Shown: in pieces, positions 1-8,272 of the stretch
Layout: each line of letters begins with the position of its first letter
How positions within the stretch are numbered: the stretch's first letter is position 1
From: a candidate division WOR-3 bacterium
GTDB taxonomy: Bacteria > Hydrothermota > Tepidihabitantia > SM23-42 > CAYGYG01
DNA: 43,930 nucleotides
NCBI GenBank assembly: GCA_965648915.1
Contig: CBFGIV010000016.1
Coordinates: 1-43,930 of the forward strand
Direction: 5' to 3'
Translations under genes and position numbers: made by a program
Notes under the pieces: model-generated
Told to the model about the DNA's origin: nothing
The model's database searches: none
Seen by the model: the letters and a program-made list of their open reading frames with translations, nothing else

Positions 1-56
1 TTTTGTATATTATAGCCATTAGAATTTCCACGACAAGTGGGACACAACCGGCAATA

Positions 57-298
57 ATGGCTAGTTTTTAATTACTTTACCGCAAATGCCAAAAGATCAA
101 GTGATGACTGCCTGAAGAAAGGTAATTGATGCTTCCGTTGGAAGCAATGTCAAGATGGACCGGGCCTATATTGATGAGAAGACCGGGCAGGCAACCTGTT
201 GCTGGAGTGCCCCTGACCAGAAGACAATCGAAAGTGTCTTCGCAAAGGCCGGCGTCAAACCCGAATCGATAAAATCGGTTGTGATATACTCTGGATAA
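57..298 (+). pseudogene. DUF4242/SCO4226-like small protein with a 1-nt frameshift (T5 run at 65-69) and in-frame TGA (113-115); pseudogene or selenoprotein
   Basis: Frame 86-298 reads MPKDQVMTA*RKVIDASVGSNVKMDRAYIDEKTGQATCCWSAPDQKTIESVFAKAGVKPESIKSVVIYSG*. The C-x-W-x-AP...F.KAG...I..V pattern resembles DUF4242. One extra T at 65-69 would join ATG57 (MASFLITLPQ-). Confidence 0.5.
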
Positions 299-355
299 TG
301 GTGTCGCAGCCCAACAAATCGTAGATAGACATTTTTAATTTAAAGAATAAAAGAC

Positions 356-1015
356 TTAAATTCTCTTTAACTGGCGGTCAGAAAATCTGTAAATGAAGTC
401 AGTGGTTTTTTTAAGGAAATTTATATCCTGCGAAATAACAATCGTGGAAAATTTGTGACCCGATAGAATTTCGACGATCTTTTCTACCGCCATCTCATCA
501 AGTCCATTGGTTGGTTCATCGAGCAAAAGGACCTGCGGCTTGGTTGCCATGACTGTAGCAAGGGCGAGCCTCCTCTTTTCACCTTCAGAAAGGTTATAAG
601 GTGAGCGATCCTCAAAACCTTCTAAGCCTACCAGTTCGAGCATCTCTTTTACTGTCTGTTTAATTCGATCCTTAGGCCAGCGAAGATTTAAGGGCCCAAA
701 GGCAATCTCCTCTCTAACACTCGGGCAGAATAATTGGTCATCAGAGTTCTGAAATAGGTAGCCGATGCGCTGACGAACCTCCTGAAAGTCTTTCTCATTA
801 TTTCTAACCTTACCGAATATTTTAATTATGCCATTAGCCGGCTTAAGAAAACCGACAATGATATTAAATAGCGTTGTTTTACCACAACCATTGGGTCCAA
901 TGATACCAATTCGTTCACCTTCAATGAGGCTGAAATTTAGCCCGGTAAAGATTGGCTTCTGGCCAGGGTAACCGAAGTCGATGTTGGTTAATTCTATCAA
1001 TTTAATACCCTTCAC
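356..1015 (-). CDS. cbiO: ECF Co/Ni transporter ATPase (CbiO/NikO)
   Basis: Walker A GPNGCGKT, FQNSDDQLF Q-loop, LSEGEKRR signature, LLLDEP; overlaps cbiQ stop. Confidence 0.92.
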   Translation of the reverse strand: MKGIKLIELTNIDFGYPGQKPIFTGLNFSLIEGERIGIIGPNGCGKTTLFNIIVGFLKPANGIIKIFGKVRNNEKDFQEVRQRIGYLFQNSDDQLFCPSVREEIAFGPLNLRWPKDRIKQTVKEMLELVGLEGFEDRSPYNLSEGEKRRLALATVMATKPQVLLLDEPTNGLDEMAVEKIVEILSGHKFSTIVISQDINFLKKTTDFIYRFSDRQLKRI

Positions 1016-1752
1016 GAGATTAAAACGATCAAAAGTGCCCAGACAGTTAAGATGATGCAGGCAAGGGCATCGCTGAATTTGAAACGGAAATGGTCAAGAA
1101 GCCAGAATTTTCCGGCAAAACCCCGACTGACCATTGCCTTATGAACATTTTCTCCCCGGATATAACTCTTTACGAGCAGTCCACCAATCAGATATGCAAA
1201 TGTGCGGTAGGTATGGATTGATGTTTTGGGCTTGAATCCCCGGGCCTTTATTGCCTTTTTGATTTTTTCATATTCATAGAATATAACCCAGGAATAGCGA
1301 TAGATAAGAAAGAATAGGACGACAAGTTTATCAGGAATAAGAAGGTGACGCAGGGCATGGACGATTTCAAAGATGCTCGAAGTTGAGACAAGGCTGATCA
1401 AGATGAGCACTATGCTATTAGATTTCAGTGTTAAAAAAAGGGTAAAGCGAATGCCATTATCTGTTACGGCCAGACCGAAGATTTTCAAGACCGGATTTCC
1501 TGGACAGGTAAAGGGAAGAATAAGCCAGAGTAACAGAATAAACTCATTTACTACAATCAACCGCTTGATTATCTGCTTAAATTCGATGCGGGCAATAATG
1601 AGGAGTAAAATACCCGTGCTCAAACCGATAATGATACCATAAAAAGAATTGCTGAGCGCGATTACAATCGATAGTAAAACGGCAAAGATGAGTTTTATCC
1701 TTGGATCAAGTTTATGAACTATTGAATTTCCTTTCAGATACTCTTCAAACAT
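1012..1752 (-). CDS. cbiQ: ECF Co/Ni transporter T component (CbiQ/NikQ)
   Basis: HKLDPRIK N-terminal motif, TM helices, two (A/S)RGF motifs. Confidence 0.92.
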   Translation of the reverse strand: MFEEYLKGNSIVHKLDPRIKLIFAVLLSIVIALSNSFYGIIIGLSTGILLLIIARIEFKQIIKRLIVVNEFILLLWLILPFTCPGNPVLKIFGLAVTDNGIRFTLFLTLKSNSIVLILISLVSTSSIFEIVHALRHLLIPDKLVVLFFLIYRYSWVIFYEYEKIKKAIKARGFKPKTSIHTYRTFAYLIGGLLVKSYIRGENVHKAMVSRGFAGKFWLLDHFRFKFSDALACIILTVWALLIVLIS

Positions 1753-2305
1753 TTTTTTTACGACTCAGGAAAAACATCCCGATTCCGATAATTCCCAGAA
1801 TGTAACCAATACCGCCGATTACTTCAGTAAAAGAAACCCTTTCCTTTCTCTGTTCGGCGAGCATCTTGACAACCGGGTGAAGCTGATTACCTACCGCATC
1901 TTCAATCATTCTCTTTAAGAGGAGAGTGTCAAGGTTTGCGGTTTCAGTCTTGATGATGGCTATTTTTTCTCTTGGCGCCGGGAGGGTTTTGATCTCTGGT
2001 AAATCATCAGAACTAATTGTTGTTTCAGCCCGGTGACCCATACCACCAATCACAACTATCTTCAGATCGTCTCTTTTCGGGATTGGAAAAGAGAATTCAC
2101 CGAGCGAATCAGTCTGACCGGTAAGAAGTTTATTCCCGGCCCGGTCGTACACTTCAATAAGACCAGCCTTTATCTTACCACCATCACTTGCATAGGACTG
2201 GGTATAGATTCTATTGCCCTCCACCGTAGCAAAGATATTGATCTTATGGGCAATGAGGAGAGCAGGAATAAAGATCGCAAAAAATGCAAGATCTTTTATC
2301 TTCAT
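1745..2305 (-). CDS. NikL-like accessory component of the Ni/Co ECF transporter
   Basis: Signal peptide followed by AHKINIFA, GxGH motif, C-terminal TM (IGGIGYILG); lies between cbiM and cbiQ. Confidence 0.7.
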   Translation of the reverse strand: MKIKDLAFFAIFIPALLIAHKINIFATVEGNRIYTQSYASDGGKIKAGLIEVYDRAGNKLLTGQTDSLGEFSFPIPKRDDLKIVVIGGMGHRAETTISSDDLPEIKTLPAPREKIAIIKTETANLDTLLLKRMIEDAVGNQLHPVVKMLAEQRKERVSFTEVIGGIGYILGIIGIGMFFLSRKKNV

Positions 2306-2318
2306 TTTTCTCCCTATT

Positions 2319-2921
2319 TTATGTTATGTTTAACAATTCCGGTTTTACCCTTTTTAAGAATAAGACGACAAATCCGGTAATGATTCCTTCAATAACCATA
2401 ACTGGTATATGAATAATAACTACCATTCGGGCAACCGGGATGAATGCTTCACCACTGAGGGATAAGGCAAGGGCAACAAGTATTCCCGAAAGCAAGATAC
2501 TTAAAAGTCCAGTAAAAAATCCACCAGCAAAATTTAAGGTTCTGTTCTCAAGGCGGACCAGTTTTGCAAATAAAAGATAACAGAATACCGCCGGCAATGC
2601 CATTGTTACAGTGTTGATGCCCAGCGTTGTTAAGCCACCAAACTGAAACAGAATTGCCTGTAAGAAAAGCGCCAGGAGTAGTGCCGGAAATGCGGTCCAA
2701 CCGAGAATAATCCCGGCAAGTCCATTGAGAATTAAATGGGCACTTGTTGGGCCAACCGGGATATGGATGAGCGAGGCGACAAAGAATGCTGAAGATAGAA
2801 CCGCCACCCTCGGCATCTCCTGATATTCAAGTTTCTTCAAACCTATTGCTGTTCCCGCAACCGCAATCGTTGCACCACTAATCAGAACTGGTGCATTGAG
2901 GACGCCTTCAGCGATATGCAT
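2319..2921 (-). CDS. cbiM: ECF Co/Ni substrate-binding S component (CbiM/NikM)
   Basis: N-terminal MHIAEG metal-binding motif, SAHLILNGL, QFGGLTTLGIN. Confidence 0.93.
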   Translation of the reverse strand: MHIAEGVLNAPVLISGATIAVAGTAIGLKKLEYQEMPRVAVLSSAFFVASLIHIPVGPTSAHLILNGLAGIILGWTAFPALLLALFLQAILFQFGGLTTLGINTVTMALPAVFCYLLFAKLVRLENRTLNFAGGFFTGLLSILLSGILVALALSLSGEAFIPVARMVVIIHIPVMVIEGIITGFVVLFLKRVKPELLNIT

Positions 2922-2930
2922 CTGCTATCC

Positions 2931-3704
2931 TTACTTCATCTCCTCAATATATACCCAGATAACTGCGCCGATCTCAACCGGATACTCTTTATTATCCTCT
3001 CGGTTGAGCATTCTCATCTCCCGTTCGCTCAAAGCGGCAAAACCCCACCAGCCTGGTTTTGGAATTGCATAAACAAAAACACCCTGTGCATCGGTCTTTA
3101 TAACCTGGGTGATGTACGGTTCTTTTGGTGCAGTATATTTTTTATCTATGTTGTAGTATTCAACCTCAACATCAGTGAATGGCGCCGGTTTGCCTTTAAC
3201 TTTAACCAATCCGCAAAAGACATTTCCGGCATAAAGACCATAGGGCCTGGTTAAAGGTATAATTTCGGTTTCAAGTCCAATCTCAGCATCCCAGCCCCGT
3301 TGCATTCCAAAACCGTTGACCACAGTCTTTGTATAATGGACAATGAACTTCTCTTCAGCCGGTTCCCAGTATGGTGCCGGCTCAACATAGAATAGATAAT
3401 CACCGGGCTGTTTCAATCTATAACTTGCATTCCAGGTTGAGAAGTCTCCTACCTTCTTTTCTTTAAGACCGTTTAATAAATTTTCTTTCTTTTCACCGTT
3501 AATTATCACGCCAAATTGAACCGGCTTAGCCATATTCATATAAGCCTGCTCAAAAGGATGACAGAAGAGGAGATCGATGGTTATGGTTGCCGATTTCTGG
3601 TCTTCGACAATATTGGTGCTGGGTAGAACCATCTGAAAATGGGCATATAAAGAAGAAACAAGACAAAGACCGATAACTATTTTAATCGAGTTATATTTTT
3701 TCAT
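2931..3704 (-). CDS. DUF4198 periplasmic nickel-uptake protein (NikK-like)
   Basis: Signal peptide then [40 protein letters not shown] motifs; SD AGGAG. Confidence 0.85.
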   Translation of the reverse strand: MKKYNSIKIVIGLCLVSSLYAHFQMVLPSTNIVEDQKSATITIDLLFCHPFEQAYMNMAKPVQFGVIINGEKKENLLNGLKEKKVGDFSTWNASYRLKQPGDYLFYVEPAPYWEPAEEKFIVHYTKTVVNGFGMQRGWDAEIGLETEIIPLTRPYGLYAGNVFCGLVKVKGKPAPFTDVEVEYYNIDKKYTAPKEPYITQVIKTDAQGVFVYAIPKPGWWGFAALSEREMRMLNREDNKEYPVEIGAVIWVYIEEMK

Positions 3705-3726
3705 TTTTTCTCCTTTTTGTCCTTAA

Positions 3727-3963
3727 ACGACTTTTGTAAAAAAATCAGAAGAGATAAATTTCAGGCGCAGTGCGGCTCATTTGAGCCACGGGTTATTGAT
3801 AAGCCACCCTGCTCACCGAATGGTGACATCTTGGGGTGGCGCAACAACTTCTGATTTATCATTATTAACACCTTTACACTCAGATTTTTGAATATAGGGT
3901 TTATCGGGCGAATATGAGACCATAAGCCTGAATTTTATCTTCTTTAAAAAATACCAAAGTCGT
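3727..3963. mobile_element. 237-bp MITE-like or highly structured intergenic element
   Basis: Terminal IRs ACGACTTT/AAAGTCGT; inner IR 3752-3766/3926-3940 (14/15); flanked by GTCCTTA(A/T) direct repeats at 3719-3726 and 3964-3971; internal GC hairpins. Confidence 0.55.
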
Positions 3964-3984
3964 GTCCTTATATAATTTTAGTCC

Positions 3985-4596
3985 TTAAAATTCAAAATGG
4001 AGGCCGACAGTAGCCGTCTTTTCCTTAAAATCAAAGTCGCTGGTAAACCCGGCATCGATCATCAAGCCTTCTTTGATCGCATAACGGCCGCCAATAAGCC
4101 AGTTTTGGGTCTCTTTATCACCCAGGAGCTCTCCGCCAAAGGATAGATTATTCAGATTATAAATCAGGGCCCCGGCATAGGTAATGCTCGAATCACCGGT
4201 AACATATCCAAGATTGGCATCAAATTCTACCGGTCCGAAAGATCGAGTCAGGATACTGTTCAGGGTATATGAGGAGGACCCGATTTCCGCAGTAAATGAT
4301 GCAGCAACCATATCCGGCACAAGGGCATATTTCAAACCGAGTTCGGCCGGGACAAAAGAATGCTTTGGTTCGGAAATTAGATTGAAACCAAGAGCGATGC
4401 CGATGTCCATTCGTTCAGTTATGCCATGCTTAAAACCGAGACCGATAAAACCATCTTCTTCCCAGAGATCGTAACCAGCCTCAAGTTCATAACCGCCCGA
4501 TTTAACTGTGCCGGCATCGTCAGTGCCAAAGGGGCGGGCAGCGAAAATAAGGCTTACTACCCCCGATATTATTGTGGTTGATAGTAACTTTTTCAT
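3985..4596 (-). CDS. Putative outer-membrane beta-barrel (Phenol_MetA_deg-like transporter)
   Basis: Signal peptide, ARPFGTDDAGTV..ELEAG motif, alternating amphipathic strands, C-terminal Phe; SD GGAGG. Confidence 0.65.
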   Translation of the reverse strand: MKKLLSTTIISGVVSLIFAARPFGTDDAGTVKSGGYELEAGYDLWEEDGFIGLGFKHGITERMDIGIALGFNLISEPKHSFVPAELGLKYALVPDMVAASFTAEIGSSSYTLNSILTRSFGPVEFDANLGYVTGDSSITYAGALIYNLNNLSFGGELLGDKETQNWLIGGRYAIKEGLMIDAGFTSDFDFKEKTATVGLHFEF

Positions 4597-4613
4597 TTTT
4601 TTTTACCTCCTTA

Positions 4614-4640
4614 GTGTTACTATTTTATAAAAAATAACAC
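4614..4640. promoter_or_regulatory. NikR operator 2 (GTGTTA-N15-TAACAC)
   Basis: Perfect 6-bp inverted half-sites between the nikR stop and the barrel SD; same geometry as the site at 5085. Confidence 0.75.
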
Positions 4641-4652
4641 AAAATTAAAAAA

Positions 4653-5072
4653 TTATGCCAGTTTCCGACCGGTGCTCGTCGTTGTCAACCTGCCGTGCTT
4701 GATGCCCCTGGTGCTTAAGAGCCGATCAGCAATACTCTTTACTTCATTTGCCTTGCCTTTTATTGCCAGAATCTCAAGACAGTTATGTTCATCAAGATGA
4801 ATATGCATTGTCGAAATAATCTGTTTATAATATTTATGCTGGATTTCAGTCAGACGCTCGGTCAGTTCCCTCACTTCATGACTATAGACCATAGTAATCG
4901 TTGCCACAATCTCTTCTTCGGACAATTCCCATTCCTTCTGAACAAGCGTTTCCCGGATAAGTTTTCTGATCGCCTCGGAGCGATTTTTATAACCGATCTC
5001 AGCAATCAAACGGTCAAATTCAGCAAGCAACTTTTTGCTCATCGAGACGCCAAATCTTACCGTTTCAGTCAT
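4653..5072 (-). CDS. nikR: Nickel-responsive repressor NikR
   Basis: RHH domain (VRFGVS...NRSEAIR), Ni ligands in YSH, MHIHLDEHNCLE. Confidence 0.97.
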   Translation of the reverse strand: MTETVRFGVSMSKKLLAEFDRLIAEIGYKNRSEAIRKLIRETLVQKEWELSEEEIVATITMVYSHEVRELTERLTEIQHKYYKQIISTMHIHLDEHNCLEILAIKGKANEVKSIADRLLSTRGIKHGRLTTTSTGRKLA

Positions 5073-5084
5073 AACAGATCTTTC

Positions 5085-5111
5085 GTGTTATTTTTTTAAA
5101 AATCATAGCAC
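5085..5111. promoter_or_regulatory. NikR operator 1 (GTGTTA-N15-TAGCAC)
   Basis: Inverted half-sites directly downstream of the nikR -10 box. Confidence 0.75.
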
Positions 5112-5140
5112 ATTATAACCTAATATGCCAACCTGGTCAA
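5112..5140 (-). promoter_or_regulatory. sigma70 promoter of the nikR operon
   Basis: TTGACC-N17-TATAAT on the minus strand. Confidence 0.75.
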
Positions 5141-5165
5141 GAGGAATTTTTTGAAATTTCATTTC

Positions 5166-5193
5166 TTGACACCTCTTATTATTTAGTTATGCT
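5166..5193 (+). promoter_or_regulatory. sigma70 promoter of the corrinoid operon
   Basis: TTGACA-N16-TATGCT. Confidence 0.65.
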
Positions 5194-5243
5194 AATACGG
5201 TATTGTTGTTGCTTTTAAGTTGATTTATCAAACGGAGGTTATC

Positions 5244-5876
5244 TTGAATCTGGAACTGGTTAAGAAAGCGGTAATTGAATTTGATGCCGATTTGGTTAAA
5301 GACCTGGTCAGTAGGATGCTAACGAATAAGGTTGAGCCGGCCCTCATTCTCGACCAAGGTTTAATTGCCGGGATGAAAGAGGTCGGCGAAAGGTTCACCC
5401 GGAAAGAGTATTTTGTGCCTGAGGTCTTACTGGCGTCCGAAGCCTTTTATGCCGGCTTTAATATGATTCAACCTTTACTCAAAAAGACACAGGTAAGCAG
5501 CAAAGGTAAAATTGTTATCGGAGTTGTGGCGGGTGATATTCATGATATTGGTAAGAATATTGTAAAAGTTATGCTTGAGGCAGCGGGCTATGAAGTGATT
5601 GACCTGGGCAAGGATGTGCCAAATAAAAAATTTATCGTCGCCGTTCAGAAAGAAAAGCCTCAGATCCTCGCCCTTTCCAGTTTGATGACGACAACAATGG
5701 TTCGGATGGAAGAGATCATTCGGGAACTGAGCGAGAAAAAATTACGTGACCAGGTAAAGGTAATTACTGGTGGTGCGCCAGTTACTGAAGATTTCGCCTG
5801 GAAGATCGGGGCTGATGGCTACGGTGAAGATGCAGTGCAGGCGGTAAAGGTAGTAACAAGGTTGATGGATCGGTGA
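5244..5876 (+). CDS. Methyltransferase-cognate corrinoid (B12-binding) protein, MtaC/MttC-like
   Basis: Cap domain GM..VGERF...EYFVPE, DIHDIG (DxHxxG), SSLMTTT, GGAPV; TTG start after GGAGG (ORF track start 5220). Confidence 0.93.
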   Translation: MNLELVKKAVIEFDADLVKDLVSRMLTNKVEPALILDQGLIAGMKEVGERFTRKEYFVPEVLLASEAFYAGFNMIQPLLKKTQVSSKGKIVIGVVAGDIHDIGKNIVKVMLEAAGYEVIDLGKDVPNKKFIVAVQKEKPQILALSSLMTTTMVRMEEIIRELSEKKLRDQVKVITGGAPVTEDFAWKIGADGYGEDAVQAVKVVTRLMDR

Positions 5877-5931
5877 ATCTCAGTCATTGTAAAATGAAAA
5901 ATTCTAAACAATATCTAAATTTAAAATCTCA

Positions 5932-6900
5932 ATGCTCAAAAATGAGAATAAAATATTAGATGTCATTAACCGCCAGCGACATTTCGCGATTTTCCCGATC
6001 GTCTGTGCCGACCATTGTGCACATCTCTTAAAGATGAATTTTGCTGAAGTGGCTTATGATGGTGAAAAGATTGCGCAGGTTTTAGAATATGGGTATAATT
6101 TTTATCAATATGATATGGTTTTAGTTTTTGTCGATCCCTATGTCGAAGCCGAGGCATTGGGGTGCAAAGTAGAATTTAATCCCTACCCGAGACTGCTCCG
6201 GTCATCAGAACTGATTGGCAAGAATTTTATAAAAGGTGCACACTTCAACTCCAGCAAAAACCGAACGGGCGAGATCATAAAAGCGGCAAAAATTCTCAAA
6301 AACAGAATTGATGTGCCGGTTTTTGTTTCGATTAAAGGCCCCTTTTCCCTGGCTTCATTTATAGCCGGTATCGATAGTTTTTTAAGAATGTTGTTAAAAG
6401 ACGAAAAAAAGGCGAAAACGATTATCGATCTTGCCCTGCAGTTTCAACTCGATTATCTCGAGCGACTCTTCTCAATCGGTGTTAATATTTTTATTGGTGA
6501 TCCATTAGCATCGTGCAGTGTTATCTCATCAAAAATCTTTGAACAGTTTGCTTTTGAACCGATTAGAAGGCTTGTAAATAAGATAAAGGAAAAAGGATTC
6601 ACCGTCGGTATCCATATCTGTGGTGAGACGAAACCGATTCTGTCTATGCTCGATTCACTTAATGCTGATATCCTTTCGATTGAAGATATCAGACCCGAAA
6701 CAAAGACTTTAAAGATGGGCGGTGTTAAGACCGATACCATCTTGAATGGTGATCAGGAGAAGATTAAATATGAAATAAAAGAAGCGCTCAAACACCCCTA
6801 TTTAATCCTTTCTACATCCTGCGATGTGCCGATTGAGACAAAACCAGAGAGTATTAAAGCCATCATTGCTTTTCAAAAGAGAAGCCTCAGCCCTTCTTAA
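5932..6900 (+). CDS. UroD-family MtaA/CmuA-like Zn-dependent methyltransferase
   Basis: EAEALG, GPFSLA, DPLAS, HICG...STSCDVP (HxC...C Zn motif). Confidence 0.85.
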   Translation: MLKNENKILDVINRQRHFAIFPIVCADHCAHLLKMNFAEVAYDGEKIAQVLEYGYNFYQYDMVLVFVDPYVEAEALGCKVEFNPYPRLLRSSELIGKNFIKGAHFNSSKNRTGEIIKAAKILKNRIDVPVFVSIKGPFSLASFIAGIDSFLRMLLKDEKKAKTIIDLALQFQLDYLERLFSIGVNIFIGDPLASCSVISSKIFEQFAFEPIRRLVNKIKEKGFTVGIHICGETKPILSMLDSLNADILSIEDIRPETKTLKMGGVKTDTILNGDQEKIKYEIKEALKHPYLILSTSCDVPIETKPESIKAIIAFQKRSLSPS

Positions 6901-6903
6901 GTC

Positions 6904-8271
6904 ATGACCTTACTAAATTTTCTTATCAAAAAACGTATTCCTATCTCCGCTCCGTGCGGTGGACGGGGGCGGTGTGGTCAGTGCCTGGTAAAGATAAAGA
7001 AACCAAGAAAACCTGATGAAATTGAATCGGTATTAATCCCTGAGCATTTACTGAAAAGGGGTTATCGACTCGCTTGCCGGAGAAGAGCGAATGAGCATTT
7101 CATTTTAGTTCGGAGTAGACTGAAAAAAAACAAGGCAGTTGATGCCAAGGTAACTGGCCTGGCACTGGATCTTGGGACAACGACAATAAAGGGTGCGGTT
7201 GTTAATCTAAGAAATGGGCGGGTCTTGAGGGAAGAGGCTATCTTTAACCCCCAAAATAGTTTAGGTGGTGATGTTATTACCAGAATTGGTCTGGCCCTTG
7301 AAGGGAAATATAAATTGTTGAGGAACTTACTTTTATCCGGGATTAAAGATATCTCAACCACCCTCGGTATTAGAAAGCCGCAGTTTACCGTTGTCGTTGG
7401 TAATCCTGTTATGCTCTCATTCTATCTTGATAAACCAGTTGAAGGTTTTGCTTCTTATCCTTTTAAGAGCGAGTTGAAAGATGGAATGTTTCTAAAACAT
7501 CCGGCGCGCTATGTCTTCCCAATAATCGGCGGTTTTGTTGGTGGCGATACAATTGCTGGACTTCTGGCTTGTGGTTTTTTAAGAAAGAGCGGTACGACTC
7601 TTTATATTGATCTCGGCACCAATGGTGAGGTTGTTCTGGCCTGGCCCGGATCAGTTATGGCAGTTTCAACTGCGGCTGGACCCGCCTTTGAAGGTGCAGG
7701 AATTAAAGCCGGCAGTCTCGCAGTGCCGGGAGCGATCGACCGGGTATATTATAAAGGTGGGATTAAATATCATACAATTGGTAATAAGAAACCGATCGGC
7801 CTCTGTGCTTCAGGCCTGATCGATCTCCTTGCGGTAATGCTTAAACAGGGGTGGTTAGAACCGAGCGGCCAGTTATTAAAAACTGTTGAAATAGACGGCA
7901 TCAGTATAAACCAGGAAGATATTCGCAAGTTACAACTTGCCATCGGTGCCATCCATGTTGGGATCGAGACTCTTTTGCTCAAAGCATCTACTATGCCAGC
8001 CAGGATTGATGAGGCGATTATTACCGGTGAATTTGGCGCGCATCTTAATCCTGCATCGTTGGTAGCGGTCGGGCTTATCCCCACAGGCATAAAAAAAATT
8101 AGATTGGAAAGAGACCTGCCCCTGAGGGGGGCAGTCAGATTCCTGCAGGATGATCGAGCACGTGCTGAGGTTAAACAGATTCAAAAAATCAGCGGCCATC
8201 TGGAACTGGCGCTTGAGCCGTATTTTGGGGAGCGATTTATTTGGTCCTTAAGGCTTGCTCCATGGAAATAA
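6904..8271 (+). CDS. RamA/RACo-type ATP-dependent corrinoid activator (ASKHA) with N-terminal [2Fe-2S] domain
   Basis: CGGRGRCGQC...RLAC; DLGTTT, NPQ..GGDVITRI, GGFVGGD, IDLGTNGE, AAGPAFEG. Confidence 0.9.
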   Translation: MTLLNFLIKKRIPISAPCGGRGRCGQCLVKIKKPRKPDEIESVLIPEHLLKRGYRLACRRRANEHFILVRSRLKKNKAVDAKVTGLALDLGTTTIKGAVVNLRNGRVLREEAIFNPQNSLGGDVITRIGLALEGKYKLLRNLLLSGIKDISTTLGIRKPQFTVVVGNPVMLSFYLDKPVEGFASYPFKSELKDGMFLKHPARYVFPIIGGFVGGDTIAGLLACGFLRKSGTTLYIDLGTNGEVVLAWPGSVMAVSTAAGPAFEGAGIKAGSLAVPGAIDRVYYKGGIKYHTIGNKKPIGLCASGLIDLLAVMLKQGWLEPSGQLLKTVEIDGISINQEDIRKLQLAIGAIHVGIETLLLKASTMPARIDEAIITGEFGAHLNPASLVAVGLIPTGIKKIRLERDLPLRGAVRFLQDDRARAEVKQIQKISGHLELALEPYFGERFIWSLRLAPWK

Positions 8272-8272
8272 A

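Noticed and set aside
3727..3963. Cobalamin or NiCo riboswitch
   Set aside because: No B12-box or NiCo junction consensus could be found by eye; terminal IRs and flanking direct repeats fit a MITE better
5244..5876. HgcA mercury methylase or pyrrolysine-containing methyltransferase system
   Set aside because: No NVWCAAGK motif or TM domain; no MttB/MtbB/MtmB gene or in-frame TAG read-through seen
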